From: Selaginella moellendorffii
Taxonomy: Eukaryota > Plantae > Lycopodiophyta
Length of the DNA stretch: 40,080 nucleotides
Assembly (NCBI RefSeq): GCF_000143415.4
Contig: NW_003314359.1
Location: forward strand, 628,058-668,137
Direction: 5' to 3'
Part shown: positions 9,928-21,099 of the stretch, piece after piece
How positions within the stretch are numbered: position 1 is the first letter of the stretch
Layout of the letters: every line of letters starts with the position of its first letter
The notes under the pieces: generated by a model
Databases searched by the model: none
Seen by the model: the letters and a program-made list of their open reading frames with translations, nothing else
What the model was told of the DNA's origin: nothing
Program-made: the position numbers and the translations under genes

Positions 9928-10400
9928 CTTCGATACCAAATTGTAAGTCACAAATTTTTCCTTTCCAATTTGCTAACTTACTTTGTCTATTCGACCACCA
10001 TGGCTTTAGCATTAATTAAGTTCCCTTGCCAAGATTCCCGCCTATTGTACCAACTCCTACTTGGTCCTACTTGGTTTTAACAACTCACTACAATAGCAAT
10101 AAAACATTACCCATCCATCAATGGATTCCAAAATTCTCTCCCAATCCCCCTTCCCATGTTAGACTAGATATAAGGTTCAATTACACTCCCCACAGGCACA
10201 AGTAGCCAAGCACACTAAACCTCCAAATTTCTAACATCCCTTGATACAACAAAACTTGATCATTAGACCTTTTAAATCCCAAGCCTTGGGTGCAACACTA
10301 GCTTTGGGACATTAGAGGGAAACACCATGGCCTAATGGCTTGGTATGGGTACCCTTACTCCACGTCCATCCCAAAGGAAAGGCCCAAGCCCCTAGGAAAG
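9928..10400 (-). mobile_element. PBS and 3' part of a 5' LTR (family A) belonging to the gag remnant; far boundary approximate
   Basis: The minus strand reads ...AAATTTGTGACTTACA-ATTTGGTATCGAAG (LTR ending CA at 9942, then a tRNA-Met-type PBS). A similar end occurs on the plus strand at ~25555-25585. Confidence 0.65.
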
Positions 10401-10429
10401 GGTGAGCCACAAAATACTCAAGTGGGGTA

Positions 10430-11340
10430 TCATTCCACATGAGTCAAGAGCATTGTAGTTAGTTTCCCTTCTGGGAGTGGGAGCTATTAAGGAGAGTGTG
10501 GGGGTTAGACTCTAATGGCACAAATTTGGCCAAATGTTAGTGTGACCCAAGAAGGCTATACCTGCATAGTGGGTGATGACACAATCATTAAGGAGTGTAA
10601 GGCTAAAATGAATATCGAAGGATAAGTGGGGTAACTTGGTGAAATGTTCAAGAGGTGGCTCTAGCTTCCTTGGGAAATCAAATAGTTGATGTTCCCAATC
10701 CAAGTGTGGTTGACACTACCTACTTGGATATCTAGCATGGCTTATCAAAACCTCACAAAGGGGGAATGTCAAGGGAGTTCTCACAATGCTTGCATAAGGA
10801 AATAGTGTTTCGAAATGACTCCAAAAGTCCCAAATTGTGAAAATGAAGAGCAATGCTCTTATATAGTGACTAAAGATATGTGTAAACAACTAAAGGGAAT
10901 GTTTGAAAGACAATCCATAGGGGTTTCAATATAAAGGAAAAGGGCCCATGAACACTTTTTCAATTGATATTTGGAGTTAAGTATCCTTGGGTTTGAATAG
11001 TACTAAGCTGGGTGACCTCCTAGGAAGTCTAAAGTCAGAAGGTTACATTATGGTCACATGGTGAAGAAATTCCAAATGTCAATAGGACTTGATAGTCAGG
11101 CCTTCTAGCCCTGACCCAATAGTAATACTGGTGAGCTTGCCATGGATGGAAAGGGATTTATTAAGAACCGAAGAAAGGATATTAGAGAAGGGTGTTTTAT
11201 ATGTCTCTGGGCATTCTAAAGATGCTAATGTGTGGTCACTCATAGTGGTTTTGGATTACTAATGAGACAAAGGTGATTGGATATGGCTTTAGTGTAATAT
11301 AGCATATGTGGTTTTCAACCTTTACCCTATATATAAGTCC
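10430..11340 (+). mobile_element. Degenerate LTR-like segment (family A), homologous to ~20140-20880
   Basis: Shared blocks such as GATAAGTGGGGTA.CTTGGTGAA.TGTT and CCCAATCCAAGTGTGG.TG.CACTACCTACTTGGATA. Confidence 0.7.
10881..11047 (+). mobile_element. Old solo LTR of the Cassandra-type TRIM
   Basis: TG...CA ends. Reverse-complement homolog of 16802-16995 including the 5S core. Near-TSD ATATG/TTATG. Absent from the homologous site near 20610. Confidence 0.85.
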
Positions 11341-11539
11341 ATATCCATAATCTTCATTTTAGTTTTGACTAAGTGTTGATGATGTATATTTAGCCTCTTC
11401 AAAGCATGCTTACAGCTATTAGCTATACGTGTTGGTGAACTTATTGCAGTTCAATTGGATTTGAGTGGTCATTTAGTCTATATTTATCAATATTTTTATA
11501 TCTTGTCTTGAGATGTTACCTTCATATTTGACAAGTAAA

Positions 11540-12675
11540 TGTAGCGCACGTGGTTTTGACCCTTTATCCTATGGTGATTTACCATAGGATAACACCATGA
11601 AGCGGAACCTAACCCTCTTTGTGCCACGTGACAGATGCCACGTGTCACATACCACGTGTCCATAGGAACCCGAGGTTCAGGGCCTTGGGCCACTGAACGA
11701 AGGAACAGTGCCAAACTCCCAAGCACGAAGCCAAGGAGTGATGGAACCGAACCACGGAGCAACTCCTAAGCATAAAGCTCAAGGAGCGAAGGGACAGGAG
11801 CCCGGAGCGACTTGGAACAGTCCTGGAGCAACCAGCATCCCAATACTAGGACTAGCACGTAAAACGGAGCCAAACGGAGTTCGGCGCTATTTCGCCATAC
11901 CGGTGGCCTAACGCGAGGACATGGGTACTCCACCAGCTAGCATGGAATGGAACTTGGGCTTCGACCCAAACCGGACGTAGAACAAGGACAAGCACGCAAG
12001 CGGGAGCTAGACTATACCTCAGGTTGGTCGGCCATGCCCAACCTACCCACTATCCCTACTATACATTTGGAACCCCCCATAGCCCCCCCCCCCCCCTTGA
12101 GGAACACATGCTTTGGGCTTTCACCCCAAGCTTCCTTTAGTATTAGGAGTTAGTCTCTGGGACAAGCTCGAAACTTACTAAATATGGAATGTCCCTAGAT
12201 TGTGAATTTGGACATAGGACGAACACCATTGTGTTCAAACCGATCTCTACATTCCATAAATATGCCAAATGAGCAAATCTGGACACTTTCCATAAATAGC
12301 ATTTGGGACCGAAATGAGACTAACACAAAGGGCATGATAGCGAGGGTGTTTGGCAAACACGGTAAGCTATCATGTAGTGATATTGAGGGACTAATCTTAA
12401 TACGCGAGGGTTCTTGTCATTAGCAAGTGCAAGACAAAACAAGACGGGAACTCCTTACCGGGCTAAGTATGTTTAGCTAATAATACGTAGGAATTCCGTC
12501 CTTATGCTCATCCGGTCTAAGTACACTCGAAATGCCCAGTTAACTCCACTAGCACAAGAGGGATTGATAAAGGGTCCAGCAATACCGACCTCCTGCCATC
12601 GTGGCAGTAAAATAAGAGTGTCCGTAAGGACTGGTCGACAGGTAACTTTCGATACCCGAAGTCACATTCGCGACA
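11540..12675 (-). repeat. 3' LTR of family B element
   Basis: TG...CA ends, adjacent PPT, direct repeat of 18215-19374. Confidence 0.92.
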
Positions 12676-15600
12676 CTCTCCCCCCCTAGGGAAGATCGAC
12701 GTCCTCGTCGATGTATACTCGAGTCTAGAATACCGCCAAGGAAACAACTTTAGAAAAAGTTCACGGTATTCACACTATGTGAGAAATGCACCAACTTAAA
12801 TGAGTTAGAAGGCAACCTCTTTGTTTAACGCAGATGCACTACCAACTCAGACACCTTCCGGCCGTCGCTGACAAGGAAATGACCAACGGAGTCAGCCACC
12901 CTTGCTGCTTTGGGAGTCACCCAGCTTACAAAAGTGTGATATGCCCCTGCCCGCAAGGACATAGAGAGAGAAGCCAAAGGCCCCAACCCTCCTGAGCAAA
13001 GAAACCAAACCCGTCAATAAGGTTTAGATAGACTACTGTAAACAGGTAGTTAGAGTTGTTTACACGGTCACGCCCTTTTTAACGGAATAAGGAACATCGA
13101 CAGAGAGGCGGGTTATGTGACCAGTCGACAGTAGCTACCCCATGACTAGAGATTTCAACATGCACACGAAGTGCTGAAGCCAGTCTGCCCATTACTGGCC
13201 CAAACTCAAAGATCAATAGATGGACAGTATTAAAGTCAGAGACAATGATATCTTAGAGACTTAATTACCAATGAATAAAGCTTAGATTAGAACACAATAG
13301 TATTCTAAGTAATTTATCATCCGATAAACCAGTATAATAGTAGAGGAACCACCAAGATCATCATAATTGGTAAACATAGGATTCACCATAAAAAAAAATT
13401 CAATAGCAAGTATATCATCAAGTAAACTCAATGATAAAGTTTAACTATTAAAGATTGCAGACAGAATGCCAAACAACTTACAAAAGATAACTCAAAGAAC
13501 ACAAAGTATCATTGACTGACAAGCAAAATGCTCGCGAATGTATCACCCAAAGGAAATAACATTCCAATCTATCAGAACAAACTTGAGCAATAATCAACAG
13601 AATAGAATGAATGTTGCATGGCCAACAAACACTCGGTCATGTCAACTATCACATAAGCCAATCCAAATAGATCCCAGCTAACAATACTAAGGAACTTAAG
13701 TTGCCTAAACAAGTGTCAGCAACATCCTATTGATGTCTCAAACCCAAAAGACCAATCCAGAGCAAACCACAAAGAACATATGGTATTGCTAAAAGCCAAA
13801 AGCCATCAAAGATAACAATTAACCATCATGAAAGATCATTGATCATCCCATCAAAAGAGATATGCATAATCATCATTGAAGAAACAATCTATCAACAATA
13901 ATCAAGCAAAACCTTTGATAAGGATAATCAACTATCTTAGATGATAATTAATCATCACCAATGATTGCAAAATGCAAATACTAACTTCATCGAAGCTAAC
14001 AAGCCAAAATATTTTCCCCAACAACTTCAAACAAATGGAACAATAAGCATAAAACTCAAAGAACCAAAAACTTGAAGAATTCTATAGCCAAGTCTTGTTT
14101 AACAATGATCACAAGTCTCATAGAAGCTAACTTCAATGCTAAAGAAGAAATCATGGTGCAACCCACAGTGTCTTCCTCAACATATCCATAAGCCAAACTT
14201 CATAATGCCAAAGCTAATGAAAAACATTTCTACATCAATCCAAAAGTTAAGCACAATGGAGCTTTGCCCAACAAGCGATCACTAAACGATCCTCCATGAA
14301 TCCATCTATAGCAAGACGTAACTCACTTTATAACAAGCACAAAAAGAATCATCAACGATCGAAATATCCCAACTAAAATCCAATAAGGACTCAAATAGTT
14401 TAATATCGAACACTAATTCTTCATCTCGTGAAGTTAGCATGGTTCACGACTAAATCACTTTTCAAGGAAAAAACTCAAAGCTCAACCCCTACTAAATAAT
14501 CTCGTTTAGAACACAATTAACTCAAATTTGCCACTCAGTTCATTTGAACGTCAATATAGTTGCTAACTAGCAAATGCACGAATATCAATAACACAAAGCT
14601 ATAACCAAATCATCGACACTATCGTTATCGAGACGAATGAAACTCAATATCAATCATAAGGAGAGACATCTCATTTCACTCGAATCTCAACCTCAATAAT
14701 GTCAACGACAAGGCATCACTTCAATGCCATCAACACTAGAACAAAGCTAGAAGAAAGCACGAGTTTAGCACCACTCAAAGCTCTTTAGCAACCAAGCTAA
14801 CCAAGGTCGAAGATACTTTAGTTAGTATCCGAGACCAATCCTTTAGCAAAACTCAATTACAGATAACACTTTCTCAAGGAGTGAATCACCACGTCCAAGA
14901 CTCAATGAAATCCAACACTATGAACTAAACGCAACCAAATGATATCAACAGAGGTAGAGTCGACATGCCAACATGGAAAACCCATGTAAGTTTAACAACA
15001 CGATCCTCCGCAACACCATCCGGTAAAGTAAACCTATCACTGCTAAATCTTTATTGAGCGAAGCAAATGTTAAACAGTCCTCGACGAAGTCTACAAGCAA
15101 TCATTAGTCGCAAAGCAACTAACCATCACTTTTTCAACTTGCTTTTACGAGACCCAAACACTAAACTCACGTCATTTAATTACACACTTGTCCAACATGA
15201 ACGTAATACCCTAGATATGAGATAAAGGTTCATGGACAAGTACAAACTAAATTACCACCCGAATCCAACTCAACCGCAATAAGCTCACCAATGCATTTAG
15301 CCAACAACTCTGAGTATGCCTTGAAGAGGTTAGCTATACATGACCAACACTTAGCCGAAACTAAAGTGAAGACCATGAGATGGACTCATATCGGTACACA
15401 ACCTCCTTATAGACAAAGCTATAGTACGGGTACCAACATCTCAAACTCAAACAACTAGGTTGGACATCACCATCCTCAGCCAAGGCGCAGAGCCACCAAA
15501 ACTAAATCAAGATTAATGAGAGCTCACTACTCTCATAGAGTCTTACAAAATGTAAGGTGCAACCTACCACCAAGCATAACACTACAGAAGAAAGGCACAA

Positions 15601-16801
15601 GGGTCACCTTTCTTAAAAAAGTGCAACAGTCACTTTTCTACACCAACTCCAGACCCTATCCAGCTTAATTGCAATAGCCCCAAAAGTCAGCATCCCTTTC
15701 GGGTTGCATCATACAGACTACATACTAAGGTTTAAGCCAACTGAAGTCAACTCCAACCCCTTCACTAGTTTGTAATGGCTTACGAAAATGGAATGGTTTT
15801 TGAGCAAAGTGATAATAGATCAGCCATTGGAAAAGTTTAAGAAAATTTGTGGAAAATTTTCCAATCCTAGAGAAAGAATGACTCTCGGTCTAGAAATACA
15901 AACTTCCAAAACTCAACCAACTTCCTCCTACTAACAATTTCACATAGGTTCACCTCAACATAAATTCTTATGACCCATAGTATGCTTAAGCCTCGAACAT
16001 CTTTCTGCCCATACTTCCGACATCCAACACCGACATCTGTAAAATGCAAATGGAACATCTAAGGCTTGATCACGAAGACCACATCTTCGGATATCCATAT
16101 TGCATTAACACTCTTCTTCAACCACCTTCAAGATCCAATGTGAAGCTAAAACACTAACAAGAAAAATAACATGGAAAATCAAGCTCTAAGGAAAATTCCT
16201 CATCACTCAAAGTAACAATGCCTCTTCCACTAACACAAGTGCTAGTGATGTCAATGCCCCAACTACACATCTTCTCCATCCAACAATTTACTCCAAGTGC
16301 TAACGGATCAACTAATGAACTATAGCAAATGCTACAACCCTTTTCCAACACCACAATGGGCAAACTCAAGGAACTAAGGAACCAACTTAAGCTTAGCATA
16401 ATGGACCACCATTGAGAATCCAGTCAAAGCTACTACAATGCTACTTCATGCAAGTAGACTAACTTCACCATCAACCACTTTGGGGTTGATCATCGTTTAA
16501 CCAAGCAACTTCGTAAACACATTGCTCATTATCACATGGATATGATATAAGTATCACAATGACTTGATCATCAATTGAGTAACACCACGAGCAATGCCAA
16601 TGTCACTACTACAAAGGTTTATGTGAGTATCAAGTGCCAACTCGATTCGACAAAATGCAACATAAATGTCACACTCTACCGATAGAGACTTATAACACTG
16701 AATACCACTAACTTTTGTTCACAACATAGACAAGCTCATGCCACTCTCTTTCCGACCAAACTCAACACTAATCCAACACCAAGCTACTCAAGGAACAATA
16801 G

Positions 16802-17389
16802 TGTAAGCTCCTGAATTTGGACTTCCCGGGAGGTCACCCAGCCCAGTACTATTCAAACCCAAGGACGCTTAACCCCAAATATCCCAAGACTCTTAACCGA
16901 TTGGAAAAGGGGGTGCACTCTTATTCATGGGCCCTTTCCCTCTATATTTGAATCCCATGGATCGTCTCTCAAGTCATTCCCTTTGGTTGCTTACAACACA
17001 CTTCCCTACAAGTTCACGCCCTTGTGAACGGAAGCTGAGAGCCGCAGCTCTCTCAAGAGCCCCGCTCTCTTGACACCCTACCCCTCGGGTTGAGCCCAGC
17101 GGGAACAAACTGGACCAGCCAGATGTCAATCAACATGTGGTGCGATTCCCCTAGCCAACCAACAGAGTCGGACCTGAGACCCCTCTGATACCAAATGTAA
17201 GCTCCTGAATTTGGACTTCCCGGGAGGTCACCCAGCCCAGTACTATTCAAACCCAAGGACGCTTAACCCTAAATATCCCAAGACCCTTAACCGATTGGAA
17301 AAGGGGGTGCACTCTTATTCATGGGCCCTTTCCCTCTATATTTGAATCCCATGGATCGTCTCTCAAGTCATTCCCTTTGGTTGCTTACA
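16802..17389 (-). mobile_element. Intact Cassandra-type TRIM (5S rRNA-derived LTRs)
   Basis: 194-bp LTRs at 16802-16995 and 17196-17389 differ at 2 positions by eye. 200-bp internal region, PBS TGGTATCAGAG (rc 17183-17193), purine tract near 16996-17010, perfect TSD AATAG. The LTR minus strand contains GTTAAGCGTCCTTGGGTTTGAATAGTACTGGGCTGGGTGACCTCCCGGGAAGTCC, matching the 5S A-box/IE/C-box region. Confidence 0.95.
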
Positions 17390-18214
17390 AATAGCAAGGT
17401 TCCCCAGAAAAGAATTGAGCATTGCAACCCAAGTCTTCCAATAGTAAGCCTAGACAAAATGGTTTAGCGCTTTACCGCTATCCATCCCACAACTCACCAT
17501 TTGTAAGACCATCATCTCCAAGATGCATCAAGGTAGGGACTCTTGATTGTATGATGTGAACACGAGAAATGAGTTAACACTTCATTGCAAATCATCTCTC
17601 CAAGAAGAAAAGATGATCTACTTGTTTGATCCTCCGTCCCCGATGACTCTCTTTTCGGTCTCATCTTTGACCAAACCTCAAGCTTGCTTTCGCACTGCCT
17701 TCAGTCCAATCCAAGAAAAGTTTATGAAAGAGCACGACAATGATTACTTGAACCAATAGACTAATCCCTACAGTCTTAGTTGATCCACTTGTAATCATGC
17801 CTAGGAAGGATCTACTAGTGCCATGCTAAACAGCTACGGACCAGCCTATTTGCCACTCATAACAAACCCAAGGAGGTTTGCTTTCACCCATGGTACATGG
17901 AACAATTTATGGAACCATCGATAGGCTAACATTAATCCTGCCAACTCAAAGTGTAACCTCGAGTTGCTAATGTGCCTCACACACGAGCCCAAGCGTAAAC
18001 TCGTGCTAACGGAGCATCTCAAATCCATTCTATGAGCCCAAGAGCAAGCTCACATCATAAGGTACAACAAGGTAATAATATCCATACCCAAGGAAGCCTT
18101 TGCACCCAAATGTGTACCCACTCGGATCATCGTTTTCATCTCTACGTATGCAACGAGACTAGTTGCCCAATCTCATTGAATAATACTCGCTGAGACTCAT
18201 TCTTTAATACCAAA

Positions 18215-19374
18215 TGTAGCGCACGTGGTTTTGACCCTTTATCCTATAGTGATTTACCATAGGATAACACCACGAAGCGGAACCTAACCCTCTTTGTGCC
18301 ATGTGACAGATGCCACATGTCACATACCATGTGTCCATGCCACGTGTCCATAGGAACCCGAGGTTCAGGGCCTTGGGCCACTGAACGAAGGAACTGTGCC
18401 AAACTCCCAAGCACGAAGCCAAGGAGTGATGGAACCGAACCACGGAGCAACTCCTAAGCATAAAGCCCAAGGAGCGAAGGGATAGGAGCCTGGAGCAACT
18501 TGGAACAGTTCTGGAGCAACCAGCATCCCAATACTAGGACTAGCACGCAAAACGGAGCCAAACGGAGCCAAACGGAGTTCGGCACTATTTCGGCATACCG
18601 GTGGCCTAATGCGAGGACATGGGTACTCTACCAGCTAGCATGGAATGGAACTTGGGCTTAGACCCAAGCCGGATGCAGAACAAGGACAAGCACGCAAGCG
18701 GGAGTTAGACTATGCCTCAGGTTGGTCGGCCATGCCTGACCTACCCACTATCCCTACTATACATTTGGAACCACCCATAGCCCCCCGCCCCCCCCTTGAG
18801 GAACACACGCTTTGGGCTTTCACCCTAAGCTTCCCTTAGTATCAGGAGTTAGTCTCTGGGACAAGCTCGAAACTTATTAAATATGGAATGTCCCTAGATT
18901 GTGAATTTGGACATGGGATGAACACCATTGTGTTCAAACCGATCTCTATATTCCATAAATATGCCAAATGAGCAAATCTGGACACTTTCCATAAATAGCA
19001 TTTGGGACCGAAATGAGACTAACACAAAGGGCATGATAGCGAGGGTGTTTGGCAGACACAGTAAGCTATCATGTAGTGATATTGAGGGACTAATCTCAAT
19101 ACGCAAGGGTTCTTGTCACTAGCAAGTGCAAGACAAAACGAGACAGGAACTCCTTACCAGGCTAAGTATGTTTAGCTAATAACACGTAGGAATTCCGTCC
19201 TTATGCTCGTCCGGTCTAAGTACACTCGAAATGCCCAGTTAACTCCACTAGCACAAGAGGGATTGATAAAGGGTCCAGCAATACCGACCTCCTGCCATTG
19301 TGGCAGTAAGGTAAGAGTGTCCGTAAGGACTGGTCGACAGGTAACTTTCGATACCCGAAGTCACATTTGCGACA
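18215..19374 (-). repeat. 5' LTR of family B element
   Basis: Direct repeat of 11540-12675 with two small internal duplications; adjacent PBS. Confidence 0.92.
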
Positions 19375-19699
19375 AGTATATGACTCAATCACATGAGTTT
19401 AGTGTTCGAGTCTTGTGAAGGCAAGTTAAAGAGTGATTGTTGATTGTTTTGCAACTAGTGATTGTGTGAGACATAAATCCCTAAGCCCCAAAGTGGAGCC
19501 AAAAGGGTGCCACATGGTAATGGCCAAAGTGGAAGCTAAATGAGCATAACACATTTAGACTAAAAGCTCTAACTTGGATAGTCAAGAGTGGGAGTGGAAC
19601 TCCCAACAAAGTGCTTGAGGAGCAAGCACAAAGCAAGCAGTAAGTGAGTCTCTAGAAAAAGGACACAAAAGGACCAACATATAATATATAGAAATGTCA

Positions 19700-20138
19700 A
19701 AAAGGAGTCTAAAACAGAGGCTAAGAAGGAGTCCAAAATGAACCCGAGATGGAGTCCAAGATGGAGTCCAAGTAGGAGTCCAATATGGACCCGAGATGGA
19801 GTTTGAGATGGAGTCTGGGATGGAATCTCAAAAGGAGTCCAAGATGGACCCAAGGAGTCCAAAATGAAGTCTGAGATGGACCCAAGATGGAGTTCGAGAT
19901 GGAGTCCAAGATGGACCCGAGATGGAGTTTGAGATGGACCCGAGATGGGGTTTGAGATGGACTCAAGATGGAGTCCAAGATGGACCTGAGATGGAGTCTA
20001 AGGTTGAGTTTGAGATAGATTTGAGATGGAGTCTAAGGTCAGGATCGAGACCAAGACCAAGACCGAGATTAAGTCCAAGTCTGAGTTTGAGAATGATTTT
20101 GAGTCCGAGTCTAAGTCCAAGTCTGAATCTGAGTTCGA
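19700..20138. repeat. Minisatellite of 11/12-bp units (RAGATGGAGTYY / GAGATGGACCC) grading into hexamers (RAGTCY)
   Basis: Read directly; it explains the low-complexity ORFs at 19569-20409. Confidence 0.9.
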
Positions 20139-20139
20139 G

Positions 20140-21095
20140 GGTGAAAGCCCAAAGCGTTCGTCTCCTAGACTTTGGGGGGTTTGGTGAGCTCCAAGAGTAT
20201 AGTAGGGGGAAGACTCTAGTGGAGTCAATTTGGCTAGGAAAGGCCAGTGTAACCAAAAAAGTTATACCCACATGTTGAATGATGATATAACCACTAAGGA
20301 GTTCAAAGCTAGAGTGAATATGGACAGATAAGTGGGGTAGTTTGGTGAAGTGTTTAAGAGCCAGCTCTAGCTCCCCTGGGAGATCAAATGGTTGATGCTC
20401 CCAATCCAAGTGTGGGTGGCACTACCTACTTGGATACCTAATGTGGCTTTTTAGAACCTCACTCTAGCCATATGGTTAGGGCACATAAAGGTAGAAGGTG
20501 GAGAAAGTATTTATAAGGCTCGTGTAGGGTTATGGTATTTCAAAATGTCATCCCAAAATCCCAAAGTATGAAAAGGAAGAAGAGCAGTCCTCTAATGTAA
20601 TGATCAAGAATACAGTTATAGTGAGGAAGTCCCAAAGAACAATGAGACTTAATGGTTAGACCTTTGGGCCTTGACTTAGTGGGAGTATGGCTGTGGATGA
20701 AGAGGGATTTAGTGAGGACAAAAGAAAGGACATTGGAAAAGGGTGTTCCTCATATCTTTAGGCATCCTAAAGGTGCTAAAAGGTGGTCAAGGGATGGCCA
20801 TTCATGAATAGTGATGCAAGTGGTCTTGGACTACCAATGTGACAAGGGTGAATAACCATAGTGTTAGTGTAATAGGTTGATATGTTGATGGTACCTTTAG
20901 GTGTTGATCATAGGATCAGATATATGAAGCACTGGACTAAGTGCAAAGATTAAGTGGCATAGATGCCATTCACAAGGCTAGCATGTCCCCAAATTCTAAA
21001 TAAGACTTGTGGAGGTTGTGAGTAAGACTCCTCCAAATGGTAAAATGTGTGGTTAAGTGACTAAAGTAAATTGAAAAATTTAGCTGCTTGCACTA
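20140..21095 (+). mobile_element. Degenerate LTR (family A)
   Basis: Homologous to 10430-11340 and, at its 3' end (20875-21090), to 25352-25570. Confidence 0.7.
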
Positions 21096-21099
21096 GAAT

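Larger units (their letters stand above)
11540..19374 (-). mobile_element. Full-length LTR retroelement (family B), apparently non-autonomous/decayed, Ty3/gypsy-like 3' end
   Basis: Highly similar LTRs at 11540-12675 and 18215-19374 (TGTAGCG...GCGACA). PPT (rc of CTCTCCCCCCCT) at 12676-12687. Degenerate PBS (rc of TCTTTAATACCAAA) at 18201-18214. Flanks AGTAAA/AGTATA are an imperfect TSD. No long internal ORF. Confidence 0.9.

Noticed and set aside
11496-12747. Short ORFs repeated at 18204-19418
   Set aside because: They lie inside LTRs and repeat only because the LTRs do; no protein motifs.
16818-16875. 5S rRNA gene
   Set aside because: Only the internal ~55-60 bp match, embedded in TG...CA LTRs with PBS and TSD; it is a Cassandra LTR, not a 120-nt gene.
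19569-20409. Low-complexity ORFs (LGL/SPSL repeats)
   Set aside because: Translations of the minisatellite.
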